Below are positions 26,140-39,104 of a DNA stretch of 64,000 bases, piece after piece. Source of the stretch: Eledone cirrhosa (Eukaryota); assembly GCA_964016885.1 (NCBI GenBank), contig OZ024764.1, positions 22,258,001 through 22,322,000 of the forward strand. Direction: 5' to 3'. Position 1 is the stretch's first letter; the number at the start of each line of letters is the position of its first letter. The notes beneath the pieces are model-generated. The model searched no databases, was not told the origin of the DNA, and saw nothing but the letters and a program-made list of their open reading frames with translations. Both the position numbers and the translations under genes were made by a program.

Positions 26140-27951
26140 TGTGTGTGTATATATATATATATGAAGGAACGATCGACTTTCGTCAAATCGGACCGAGGAA
26201 GCAATGTTTCCATTGGTCTTTCCAATTGCTAGTACTATCGGTCGCAATTCCAGGTAGAAGGAACAACGTGAAATAAAGTGTCTTGCTCAAGGTCATAACG
26301 CATCGCCTGGTCCAGGAATCGAACTCACAACCTCAAGATATATATATATATATAAATGAAGAATATAGAAATTATTGTAGCAAAAAGCCAACAGTATTCC
26401 ATTTCATTTCATTTCATTTGAGTTTGAGTCCATGCTCAGGCCAAGTCGAAGACTCCACCCATTATATATATATATATAGTATAAAAGAGAAAACACAGGT
26501 AAGCATTAAGAGAAGGATTTTATCCAGGTATTTACGACCGTTTCATTGGTAAGTGCAACCTTATATTTCTATCCTGCAAATAGCAGCCACTCAATTATAA
26601 TTGTTGTTCACAGTCCAAATTTTCAAAATAATAAGTTACTCTTGAAATAATTCTTAATATATAGAGAAAAACATTTATTTGGAATTGTATTTACTAGTAT
26701 AGAGAGAGAGAGAGGAATAAGAAGGTGAGGGGACAGACGGAATAGTATAGAGAGAGAGGAAGGGGGTAGAGGTAGGAAGTAGAGTGACAAACTGAGATGG
26801 AGGGAGGGGTAGAGGTGGAAGTATTCTTTGGTCAGTTTTGACAGCAGACTTCATGTCGTGGAATAGAGTGAGTTAAAGAGAATTAAATTGATCATTTTTG
26901 GAGGGATGGATATATATATATATAGTTAAATATTAGACAGGAACAAAAAACAGAGGCAGTGCAAATGGTAGTTTATACCGAGAGAGAGACAGACAAACAC
27001 ATCTATACCCCTACTACAGTAAAACATAAAACATATGTAAGGGGAGACAACTCTCGTTACATCCACCCTTCTTTTTGATATACGTCCTTTACATACTTTG
27101 TTCAATGGAATCTGCTTTATTTTGTGTCCTAAGTAGATTTCTGTTTAAGTATTTACGAGATTCACAATGATTCACGTAACCAAGTTACTTACATAGAGAT
27201 ATATTTCACATAGAATCACAACAAATGAAAATATTAAGTCAACTCTCTGTCAATCAGTCTCACATCACATGGGGTGCCGGAGTCTCCTTCTAATACTTTC
27301 TGAGACAGTCTTACCTCGAGTGATAGCAAGGCTAAGATGTTGGAACTACCAAACACCCTCTTATGTATCACCTGACACCTCGGTAAGGAGAGCTGCCAAC
27401 GATAACAAGAACCTCGTTGTCAGGGACCTATCTCCTCCAAACTTCTCCAACACCACAGACTAGAATATTCTACTCTTTATTCCCTATCAAATATATTTCA
27501 GTCTAGTCATTTGTCTTGTATCTTGTATATGTATTTTCAAAACTAACTGTCACATTTGTGAGACCCCAGTTAGTGATGTTTTCGTCTCCCTCCCACATCT
27601 TACATGCTGTAGTAAAAGTGAGGGTCACTGCTTCCGTAGATGAACGAAATAAAAGCTAAACTACCAGTAATTATCGGCAAAGTATTTATTCCAGTCTGTG
27701 ATGTCTGAGAAGCTGGGCTGCTGACAACGAAGTTGTTGTCACTGTTGGCGGCTGGCTTTACCGAAGTACCCGATGACTCTTGTGAGGGTACTTAGCTGTT
27801 CTGGTGGTTTAGCCCCCACGTGACCCGATCTTACCGAGATACCCGGTGATCTCTGTCAGGGTACTTAGCTGTTCTATTTTAATTTCATTTACTGATTTCA
27901 ACTTCATTTTTTTATTACAAACTTTACATAATTTAATTCGGTAAAAATATT

Positions 27952-28084
27952 TTACGTCACAAAAAAACCTTGAAGCATGCGCAGTGGTGCAGTTGTCGAC
28001 TTCCTGTCCACGTGTTAGTCTTCCTACAACATCATTTAGAAAACATTTCTGTAAATATTAAACACCTGAGACTATAATGTAAGT
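27952..28084 (+). promoter_or_regulatory. Candidate promoter/exon 1 of ZNF-B
   Basis: Same motif cluster; donor GTAAGT at 28079. Confidence 0.7.
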
Positions 28085-29184
28085 ATTATGTCTATTAATA
28101 TTCTAGATTTAAGCTCACTTTTCACATCACAAATATATATTTTATTGTTTGTTTCATTACTGGAAATATAAAATGTTATCGTAATTATCTATATTTTACC
28201 TACCTCTAATTAATTAAAGTGAAAACTTTTGTTGTAGCTGAAAAATAAATTAACAAAACTAAATATTTAAATATTCTAAAGGTCGTTTTTATATTATGTG
28301 ATGATATAATTAATATATTTTATTACAATTGTATAAATTTACAGTAGAATAACGTTGTAAATATGTTTTAAATATATACATAAATAACATAAGTGTGTAA
28401 ATAACATTATAACTTGCTGGCAATTCCTTGAGAAAGACATTACAAATATATTGTCTAAACTGTGTATAATAATATAATTCATTGAACAATAATGATAAAG
28501 GAAAGAAAAACACAGTGGGAGATGGCAATTCATCACCATGTGTGATAATAGGCGACACCTCACACCTTAGGGGTTAACTACACACTTTGAGGCAAGCCAA
28601 CACACTGGCAGCATTACTAAGGTGTTGAAATAACCAGGTACCCTCACGGGTATCATCTGACACCTCAGTAAGGTGCTGAAATAACCAGGTACCCTCACGG
28701 GTAGCACCTGGTACCTCGGTAAGGTGAGGCTAAGGTGTTGAAATAACCAGGTACCCTCACGGGTATCACCTAACACCTCGGTAAGGTGAGGCTAAGGTGC
28801 TGAAATAACCAGGTACCCTCACGAGTATTTTCTCTGAACCCCTCAGATACTTGCAATAGAAGTTTTATTCCCCAGTATTAGGGTTAGGGTTTCCGTTTTC
28901 AGGAAGAATAGTCGATTGCAAACATCTAAGAGGTCGAGAAATAAAATTAAGGAAAGATAATTATTTCCCAGCCAACTGGAGAAGTGTGTAGCTCTTCTAA
29001 ACTCTGATAATCCTGTCTCCCACTTCTTTATCTACAAATCTAGTCGTTTCCTGCTACTTTGAAGGCCCTATTTATTAATAACACCACTTGTAAATCTTTG
29101 TCAACTTTTCATACGTAAATTGTGAATCAGTTATTTTTAAACAAACTATCAAAGAAGTGATCTCACAGCAACTGTGTTTGATTT

Positions 29185-29396
29185 AATCAACTTATTCCCC
29201 GCAAACATTGTCGACCTTGTGTCTAAATCAGAAACTATTATAAGATCTTAAATCAACCTCGTAAAGATGAAGGGCAAAGCTAACCTCGGCGGGATTTCAA
29301 CCCTTTATGTTATGAGTTCAAATCCCACCAAAGTTAACTTTGTCTTTCATTCTAACGGAGTGGATAAATTAAAGTTCCAGTAACCTACTGGGGTCT
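29185..29396. mobile_element. Head-to-head Nin-type SINE fragments (copy ~61215-61425)
   Basis: GATGAAGGGCAAAGCTAACCTCGGCGGGATTTCAAC inverted against GTTCAAATCCCACCAAAGTTAACTTTGTCTTTCAT. Confidence 0.7.
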
Positions 29397-29453
29397 GAGA
29401 TATTAACGTTTGAGTAGATTCTATCTTTTTGTGTGTTTGTATTTATAATCTTA

Positions 29454-29908
29454 CTAGAACACCTGTGACCTGTTGGGTCACGTTCCCTTTAAAAATAATT
29501 TTTAAATAATTAAAATATAGAGACATGTATATAATGTAAAATGAAATTAGTAGGTAGGCCCATGTATATATATATATATGCGTGTGTGTATATATATATG
29601 TGTGTGTGTGTGTATATATATGTCACAGACACACACACACGAGTCGCTTGTTATAATTTTAAAATTTCGTTCAACAACACCAACAGCTCTCTCTCTCACA
29701 CACCAATTATCTTTCTCTCTCTATTTATGAAGGTACCAGAAAAACCCCATATCTCGGGAACCTGTGCTCTGGTCTACGTGAAACTTATTTTATCCCATCT
29801 GTATTCCCATTTCAGGGTCAACTTCCTTTCAAACTATTTTCCCATTATGCCCCGTTTTGGCTGTATTACATTACAGACAAGACACAATCACAGAGTTTTA
29901 GGTTTATA
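29454..29908 (-). mobile_element. Helitron-like element, reverse orientation (partial duplicate ~30237-30563; copy 61483-61920)
   Basis: A|CTAG then GTGACCTGTTGGGTCAC hairpin; reverse complement of 3606-4312 family. Confidence 0.7.
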
Positions 29909-29930
29909 ATGTGTGGTTAGAAAAAGCTAT

Positions 29931-30237
29931 ACCCTGCTTGCAAGGACGGGACGGGAACTGATACTGGCTTGATTTCTACAGCTGGATGCCCTTCCTAACA
30001 CCAACCTCATTTACAGTGAGTGCTGGGTGCTTTTTTACCGTGGCACCTCCACGACCACTTTGCAGTGGAATGATAGGACTCCAGTCCTATCATCTCATTT
30101 CTACAGCTGAGTAAACTGGAGCAATGTGAAATAAAGTGTCTTGCTCAAGGAAACAACACATCACCCGGTCTAAGAATTGATCTCACAACCTTTCGATTGC
30201 AAGGCCAATGCTCTAACCACTAAGCCATGTGCCTCCA
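29931..30237 (-). mobile_element. tRNA-derived SINE with RTE-like 3' tail
   Basis: Minus head TGGCTTAGTGGTTAGAGC (A box), CCTTGAGCAAGACAC core, GAAGGGCATCCAGCTGTAGAAA tail. Confidence 0.8.
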
Positions 30238-30563
30238 TGTATATATATGCGTGTGTGTATATATATGTGTGTGTGTATATATATGTGAGTGTCTGTCACA
30301 GACACACACACAAGTCACTTGTTATAATTTTAAAATTTCGTTTAACAACACCACCAGCTCTCTCTCTCTCTATATTTATAAAGGTACCAGAAAAAACCCC
30401 ATATCTCGGGAACCTGGGCTGTGATTTACATGAAGCTTGTTTTATCCCATCTGTATTCCCATTTCAGGGTCAACTTCCTTTCAAACTATTTCCCCATTAT
30501 GCCCCGTTTTGGCTGTATTACATTACAGACAAGACACAATCACAGAGTTTTAGGTGTATAATG

Positions 30564-30830
30564 TGTGGTTAGAAAAAGCTATCTCACCGCTTTTCACAGG
30601 CGCCGCTAAACTCCACTGCAGGTTACTCCTCTTCCACGTGCCTCCAACTGCTTAACACCGGGAGCTGCCCAAAACTCGCGTCCACACCGTTTGCTGGTCA
30701 CCACTAGGGAGAGGCCCTCTGCTGGCCCTTCCGGTCGAGCACTCTCCCACCTCCGGCCACCCCACGCCACACACCCTTCCTGTCGAGCACTCCCCCGCCT
30801 CCAGCCACCCCACGCCACACCATACCCACA
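30564..30830 (-). mobile_element. Solo LTR of the Gypsy element at 43138-47214
   Basis: TGTGG...CCACA termini, 5-bp TSD TAATG; empty site at ~61918. Confidence 0.9.
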
Positions 30831-31144
30831 TAATGTTATAGTATCATGATAGGGTAATACAGTTATTTATAGACCTGTGGTAAATGTTGGTTCAGTCCAC
30901 CCTGGGGGTGTTAGTGTTGGTTCAGTCCACTCTGGGGGTGTTAGTGTTGGTTCAGTCCACCCTGGGGAATGTTAGTGTTGGTTCAGTCCACCCTGGGGGG
31001 TGTAAGTGTTGGTTCAGTTTACCTTGAGTGGTGTCAGTGTTGGTCAATGATAACCTTTATAATTAGAGGCCTGTTGGTGAGGAAAGCCCGTCCTTATTCT
31101 AGATATTATGGCCACACAGCACCCTCCCCTCTTGCTAATCTGAT

Positions 31145-33060
31145 CACCTAGGTATCAGAAGCTATCAACCACCTCTGTAGAACCTACCTGCATTTGAAAA
31201 ATGTGTCTATCACTGCAACTTCTACTCTCAAATTTCCCTGTACATCTACTGCATATGTAGTTTTCTCTACCTGTTAGTTTGCCTGCTATCCCACTACATC
31301 TCTTGTGTACCCAAGATCTGCATTGTGTACATTATAGAATTTATGCCAGTTCCTTTTCTACATATTGAACAAGGCCATATCCCTGATGGAATGACAGTTT
31401 TGTCCTCTTTTCTACTCATCAACACTTTAGTCTTAGCTAGGTTCACTCTCAGTCCTCTTGATTCCAACTGCTGTTGCAATAGCCGGAATTTATTCTCTAG
31501 CTCCTCTACTGATTCTGCTATAAGAACCATATCGTCAGCATAGAGAACTTCCCATGGGCACCTAGTCTTAAACTCCTCTGTTATGACTTGGAGGACTCTA
31601 AAGAAAAAGAGCGGGCTGAGGACCGAACCCTGATGTACTCCTGCATCTGTAATTCCTCACTAAACTCCATGCCTACCCTCACTTTACTGACAGTACCTCT
31701 GTACATAGCTTGCACTGTCCTCACAAACTATTCCTCTACACCTAGTTTCCTTAGGGACCACCAGATGACAGATTGGGGTACTCTATAAAAGGCCTTCTCT
31801 AGGTCAACAAAAGCTAAGTATAGTGGTTTTCTTCTCTAAGAACCTCTCTTGTAGTTGTCTCACTAAGAAGAGGGCATCTGTTTGACCCTTTCTCTAAGTT
31901 GCGCTAGTATTCTTTCTGTCACTTTCATAACCTGATCCATCAGTTTTATGCCCCTATAATTACTCCTCTCCAGAACATCCCCTTTACCTTTACCTCAATT
32001 TATGAGAATACTGCTGCACCAGTTTAATTCCTACTTCTCCTGATGCTTTCAGCATCTCAGCAACTATCCCCAACAGTCCAGCGGACCTACCATTTTTCAT
32101 TTCCTTAATTGCCTCTTGGACCCTATAGTCGTCAATCTCAATAGCTGGTCCCTCTGTCGGGTCTACTGAGGGTAGTTTCTCTCCCTTTCATTCTCCACAT
32201 TCATCAGTCTCTCATAATGACATTTCCAGGCCTCCTTTTTTTTGAGAATCAGTGACACTAAGTGCACCAACATCCTGATTTACACTGACACACTGCCTTG
32301 CAATGTGGAACACCGCACATCTCTGATCTCCCCATCGCAGGACATTGGCAAACCTTCTACTCTCAGCCTCCCTGCATGTTAAGTAGACCTGACGTATAGC
32401 TTCTCTCTTAGCGGCTGTGTATCGGTCTCTACCCCTACCATTTTTCCAAGTCTTTTGTCTCTTATGGCTCTATCTACCGTGCTGTTCCACCACCAGGTCT
32501 CCCTCTGTCTGGTTGGAGCTCCGCTCCAGCCACAAGTTTCTTCAGTAACCTGCAGTAAGTTGTCACGTAAGAAATTCCAGTTATCATCCATGTCATAGGA
32601 CTCTAAATCGTCTTCTTTTTCGTCATACACAACTTGAAGGGCTTCCCTAAATTTATATTTTACTGAAAGGTCTTTTAGTTTCCAGACCTTCATTTTTCAC
32701 ACTTTCTTGTATGTCTCACTTTGTCTCTTGCTTACTAAGATGTCACTAACGACTAACCTATGTTGGGGGGTTACATTGTTCCCTGGGGTATGCCTTAGTA
32801 TTTGACACCATCTGTCTCTCTTACTGCCTGACTAGCAAGAAGTAAATCTGGCTCATGTGCTCACCTGATTGGTAGGTTATTAGGTGGTTGGTAGGTTTCT
32901 TGAAGTGTTGCAAATGGTTAGTTCACTTGCATCACAAAATCCACGAAGCCTCACTCCTTCTTCATTTCTTGAGCCATAACCATGACCACCATGTACCCCA
33001 GTGTATCCATCCTGGAGCTGTCCAACATGACCATTCAAGTCCCCTGCTATTATAACTAGG
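31145..33060 (-). mobile_element. Degraded RTE LINE, antisense in intron (orthologues ~47527-49350, 63140-64000; remnant 15320-15445)
   Basis: Minus ORFs LIAESVEELENKF...VNLAKTK and WNFLRDNLL...TWWWN. Confidence 0.9.
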
Positions 33061-34332
33061 TCTCTGTCATTGAGGTTACCTCTATTTATGCCTTTTCTAC
33101 ATATGGAGCAGGGCCACTTTCCTGAAGGGGTCAGGGTCTTCTCTCCTACCCATTAGCAATTTAGTTTTGGCTAAGTATATTCTCAGAACTTATCATTTCA
33201 AATTCTATATCTATAGCTGGTCATCTACATAGAGAAGTTTCCATAGACAGCCAGTCTTAAACCTCTCTGTTATGGCTTGGAGAACTATGATGAACAACAG
33301 TGGGCTAAGAACTAAACCATGATGAACTCCTACCTGTACCTTCAATTCCTCACTAAACATACTTTACTGACATCTTCTCACAAGCCATTCTTCTACACCT
33401 AATTTCTTTAACCCTTTAGTATATAAACTGGCCATATCTGGCCAGAATTCTCCCACATCTTTCTGTTCAAACTGGCCGTAACTGGTCACTTATACTTATG
33501 TTAAGGTATTGTTCTCAAAATAAGTAACGTCAAAATCTCATAGATTTGATATTATGTGAGATAAAGCATTTACTGTGAAAATATAATAGTAAATATAGAG
33601 TAATGTGAATACTAAAGGGTTAATCTGATGTCACTAATAACTACTTTTATCAGTCAGTATAATCTAATGTCACTAATAACTACTTTTATCAGTCAGTTTA
33701 ATCTAATGTCACTAATAACTAACCTATGTTAGGCAGCACATTCTTCACTAAGGAAGGCCTTAGTATTTATTACAGTCCATTTATCAATATAGAAATATTA
33801 TATGAAATTTTTACTGATGTATTACAAGTTTCTGAGTATCTTATAATGTTCTTTTATTATTTCAGAATACCAGAGGACATTGGCATTAAAGATCACGTTA
33901 CATCAGACATATCCTCAACATTAACCATTTCTAATAAAAGACACTACCCATCATTTTCAAATAATTTTGAAAACACTCAACACTTTGAAGGGATTTAATA
34001 ATATAACTAAATTTCTCAGTATTAAGCTGCTATTTGGAACATAACTTTGCACAATTTCATGAAGTTATAATGGAAAGTTTTTAGATAAATATAAAGACTG
34101 ATATGAAAAGGATAAAACACTTTTATATCAGTTGTTTCATCAACACCATTATTTAAAGACTAAAGGAAGCTGTTATACAGAACCGATACAACCTTGTTTA
34201 TATAAATCTATGGGAGAAATACTGGGAAATGTTTAACATAAAGAAGAAAAATATCCATATATTGAGAGGAGAAAAATATTAAAACTGAATTATGTGAGAA
34301 ACTTAGGTGATTGATATTTTTTAGTGGGAGTT

Positions 34333-36111
34333 ATGTCGAAAAATATAGTAAAATCACCATTCCACTGTGATATCTGTGGTAAATCATTCTCTAAAAATAA
34401 TAAATTAACTAAACACAAACTAAGTCACACAGAAGAGAAGCCATATCACTGTGATATCTGTGGTAAATTATTCTCTGAAAATAATAAATTAACTAGACAC
34501 AAACTAAGTCATACAGAAGGGAAGCCACATCACTGTGATATCTGTGGTAAATCATTCTCTAAAAATACTAAATTAACTAGACATAAACTAAGTCACACAG
34601 AAGAGAAGCCATATCACTGTGATATCTGTGGTAAATCATTCTCTGAAAATAATAAATTAACTAGACACAAATGTATTCATACAGGAGAGAAGCCGTATCA
34701 CTGTGATATCTGTGGTAAATCATTTTCTAAAAGTAATAAATTGACTAAACACAAACGTAGTCACACAGGAGAGAAGCCGTGTCACTATATCTTTGGTAAA
34801 TCTAAAAATAGTAACTTAGCTAGAGACAAACTAAGTCACACAGAGGAGAAACCATATGACAATGATATTTGTGGTAAATATTTCTCTCATGTGAGTACCT
34901 TAACAATTTACAAACATATTCCTTCAGGAGAGATACCATATTATTGTGATGTCTGTGGTAAATCATTCTCTAAAAATACAAAGTTAATAAGACACAAACA
35001 AAGACATTCAGAAGAGAAGCTATATCACTGTGATATCTGTGATAAATCATTCTCTCATAGTAGTACTTTAACTATCCACAAACGTACTCATACAGGAGAG
35101 CACCCATATCACTGTGACATCTGTGGTAAATCATTCAGTCAGAGTAATACCTTAACTAATCACAAACATATTCATACAGGAGAGAAGCTATACCACTGTG
35201 ACATCTGTGATAAATCATTCTCTCATAGTAAAACCTTAACTACCCACAAACGTATTCATACAGGAGAGAAACCATATCACTGTGATATCTGTGATAAATC
35301 ATTCTCTCAGAGTATTCACCTAACTACCCACAAACGTACTCATACAGGAGAGAAGCCATACCACTGTGACATCTGTGATAAATCATTCTCTCATAGTAAA
35401 ACATTAACTACCCACAAACGTACTCATACAGGAGAGAAGCCATATCACTGTGATATCTGTGATAAATCATTCTCTCGAAGTGATCGATTGACTGTCCACA
35501 AACGTATTCATACAGGAGAGAAACCATATCACTGTGATATCTGTGATAAATCATTCTCTCAGAGTATTCACCTAACTACCCACAAACGTACTCATACAGG
35601 AGAGAAGCCATACCACTGTGACATCTGTGATAAATCATTCTCTCATAGTAAAACCTTAACTACCCACAAACGTATTCATACAGGAGATAAACCATATCAC
35701 TGTGATATCTGTGGTAAATCATTCTCTCGTAGTAATCACCTAACTACTCACAAACGTATTCATACAGGAGAGAAGCCATATCATTGTGACATCTGTGATA
35801 AATCATTCTCTCATAGTCAAACCTTAACTATCCACAAACGTACTCATACAGGAGAGAAGCCATATCACTGTGACATCTGTGATAAATCATTCTCTCATAG
35901 TCAAACCTTAACTATTCACAAACGTACTCATACAGGAGAGAAGCCATATCACTGTGACATCTGTGGTAAATCATTCTCTCATAGTAATACCTTAGCTACC
36001 CACAAACGTACTCATACAGGAGAGAAGCCATATCACTGTGACATCTGTGGTAAATCATTCTCTCATAGTAGTACCTTAACCAAGCATGTGCGTATTCATA
36101 CAGAAGTTTAG
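34333..36111 (+). CDS. C2H2 zinc finger protein ZNF-B, 592 aa, 21 repeats (6 and 7 degenerate)
   Basis: Intact ORF; ATG at 34333 matches MSKNIVK start of paralogues (track start 34324 is GTG). Confidence 0.95.
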   Translation: MSKNIVKSPFHCDICGKSFSKNNKLTKHKLSHTEEKPYHCDICGKLFSENNKLTRHKLSHTEGKPHHCDICGKSFSKNTKLTRHKLSHTEEKPYHCDICGKSFSENNKLTRHKCIHTGEKPYHCDICGKSFSKSNKLTKHKRSHTGEKPCHYIFGKSKNSNLARDKLSHTEEKPYDNDICGKYFSHVSTLTIYKHIPSGEIPYYCDVCGKSFSKNTKLIRHKQRHSEEKLYHCDICDKSFSHSSTLTIHKRTHTGEHPYHCDICGKSFSQSNTLTNHKHIHTGEKLYHCDICDKSFSHSKTLTTHKRIHTGEKPYHCDICDKSFSQSIHLTTHKRTHTGEKPYHCDICDKSFSHSKTLTTHKRTHTGEKPYHCDICDKSFSRSDRLTVHKRIHTGEKPYHCDICDKSFSQSIHLTTHKRTHTGEKPYHCDICDKSFSHSKTLTTHKRIHTGDKPYHCDICGKSFSRSNHLTTHKRIHTGEKPYHCDICDKSFSHSQTLTIHKRTHTGEKPYHCDICDKSFSHSQTLTIHKRTHTGEKPYHCDICGKSFSHSNTLATHKRTHTGEKPYHCDICGKSFSHSSTLTKHVRIHTEV

Positions 36112-39104
36112 CTGTATCAATATCAAACTCATTACATCATACTACAACAACAACAATTGTGTAGATCCATCATCCTTGCTAAAACCGGGGTCAACCTTGT
36201 AGGTTTTACCTATGACAGGGATCATAAACACCAGGTTCCCATTTTTGAAGCAGTGTTTGAAGATTTTGTGTAAATTAAAGTTTTTCACATTAAACTTTGA
36301 TTTATTATACTTTAACAGGTAAGATATATATTTGTATTTTTAGTAAAGGTTGGGAACTTCTGTAATTTAAACCTGCCAATAAAATGAAAACTTTTTTTGT
36401 TGTTAGTCAGACATTGATATTAATTCTATTGTCCTGTACATTGTCTCAAATATCACAGATTAAACAGATTTTAACAATAACAACAGAAATCAATAACTTG
36501 TAAGCCTAATATCTAGCTTCCATTTTAACTATTTGATATTGTTGTTCCCCTCCTGTCTCTTCAGGTCTTTTAGATTTCAACTTCTATTTACTGTACTATT
36601 CCATCACCAAGGCACATTCATCTGGCTGACAGCTTACATCAGCTACAAATCTCATCAGTGGTTCACAACAGGCTGTCTGAAAGAAACTTCCAGATATCTT
36701 CTATGTCATAGCTATCAATCTCCTCCTCCTTATCATATGTATCATGTAGAACATCTCTGAATTTATATTTAACAGGGAGATCTTTTACTGTCCCTACCCT
36801 TTTCTCTAGGTTGTCTTGTACCTCTCTCACAGTCCCTCTAGATCTTATATTTAACAGGGAGATGTTTTACTGTCCCTACCCTTTTCTCTAGGTTGTGTTG
36901 AGCCTCTCACAGTCCCTCTAGATCTTATATTTAACAGGGAGATATTTTACTATCCCTACCCTTTTCTCTAGGTGGTGTTGTACCTCTCTCACAGTCCCTC
37001 TAGATCTTATAGTTAACAGGGAGATCTTTTACTGTCCCTACCCTTTTCTCTAGGTTGTCTTGTACCTCTCTCACAGTCCCTCTAGATCTTATATTTAACA
37101 GGGAGATGTTTTACTGTCCCTACCCTTTTCTCTAGGTTGTCTTGTACCTCTCACAGTCCCTGTAGATCTTATATTTAACAGGGAGATCTTTTACTCTCCA
37201 ACCCTTCTATCTCCAGATAGTCTTGTATCTGTCAGTCCCTCTAGATCTTACACCTAGTATCTAGTCTATGTTGAGTGGTACGTCCTTCTCCAGTAAAGGA
37301 GTTAATATTCCCAACCATCTGTCTATCCTGTTTTCTGATGAGAATGAAGTCAATCTAGTTTATCTCTTCACCGGATTGAAGTAACTAGATCAAGTAACTA
37401 GATGTTTTCCTGTAAGTTAGTGTTGCAGTGTTTGTGTCACCATGTAAAGTTTATATCTATTAATATAGAGATGTAGTAAAGTTTTCACTGTTGTATCTCT
37501 ATTTTCTAAATATCTTAATAATGTTTCTCTACTATTTCAGAATATCACATGACCTTGACAGAAAAGAGTCTTTTAAAGACAACAGAAAGATGTTACATAC
37601 AAGTGATATAAACTTGTTTAGTCTGTGGTGAATTATGGTGAAATATTTCTTCTGAATTGAGATAAATAACAACATTTTCCTTTTTCACTGTGGAATATTT
37701 ACAAGATGATTTTATGTTCTGATTAAACTTTGGATATTTACAAAGGAGTTTTCAAAATATTTGGATATTGACAAAGATGACATTTGATAAAATTATGAAC
37801 AATAGAAATATTTACATCAACATAGGAATATTTTCCAGAAGAGGTGGGAAAATCATTATACCACTAATATTTGTGGTAAAGTATTCTCTCTTCTTTATAT
37901 GTAGAACATCTAACTAAACACTTTAATTAACAAACTATTGTGCTATAGAATTGACAAACTTGAGGAATGTTTAATAAATGTTACAGATTTCTCCAAACTG
38001 TCGTTTACTAACTTTAATTTGAAGCTATATTATCTATATACTACTAAAACTCTGTGATTGTGTCTTGTCTGTAGTACAGCTAAAACAGTGCATAATGGGG
38101 AAATACTTTGAAAAGAATAAAACAAGTTTTGTATAAATTGGGGCACAGGTTCCCAAGAGACGGGGTTTTCTGGGTACCTTCATAAATATAGGGAGAGAAA
38201 GAGATAGTGGTTGTGAGAGAAGATATTTCAGTAAGAAGGTTCACGTCCTGACATCTATAGCTGTTAACAATGAGATTGGAATTCATTATTAAACAAATGT
38301 TATACCATCATCACTGTTTTACATCAGTTTTTCCACGCTGGCATGGGTTAGACGGGTTATCCTGTTGTAAGCAATGCCAGGTCAGGTGACCACGTGTTGC
38401 TCCTACAAAACCAATTTTGGTTTGGTTTCTACAGCTGGATGACCTTCCTAGCACCAACCTTATTTACATTGAGTACTGGGTGCTTTTTACTATCTCACCA
38501 ACTCGACCACTTCACAGTGTGGGCTGGGTACTTTTTTACTTTTTTTCATGACACCTACATGACCACTTTACAGTGAGTACTGGGTACTTTTTGTTGTGAC
38601 ACCTACATGAACACTTTACAGTGTGGATTGGGTACTTTTTGCCATGACACCTACATGACCACTTTACAGTGAGTACTGGGTACTTTTTGTTGTGACACCT
38701 ACATGAACACTTTACAGTGTGGATTGGGTACTTTTTGCCATGACACCTACATGACCACTTTACAGTGAGTACTGGGTACTTTTTGTTGTGACACCTACAT
38801 GACCACTTTACCGGGTGGACTGGGTACTTTTTGTTGTCACACTTACATGACCACTTTACAGTGTGGACTGGGTACTTTTTGTCATGACACCTATGTGACC
38901 ACTTTACAGTGTGGACTGGGTACTTTTTGTTGTGACACCTACATGACCACTTTACAGTGTGGACTGGCTACTTTTTGTCATGACACCTACACAACCTCTT
39001 TACAGTGTTGGCAGTGAAATTTAATGCACCAGCTTCAGTAATCAGAAGATACATAATATACATATATACACACACACACACAAACAAAAATATATATATA
39101 TATT

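Larger units (their letters stand above)
18602..36120 (+). repeat. Tandem segmental-duplication unit U2 (ends in ZNF-B)
   Basis: Colinear with U1/U3/U4. Confidence 0.95.
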
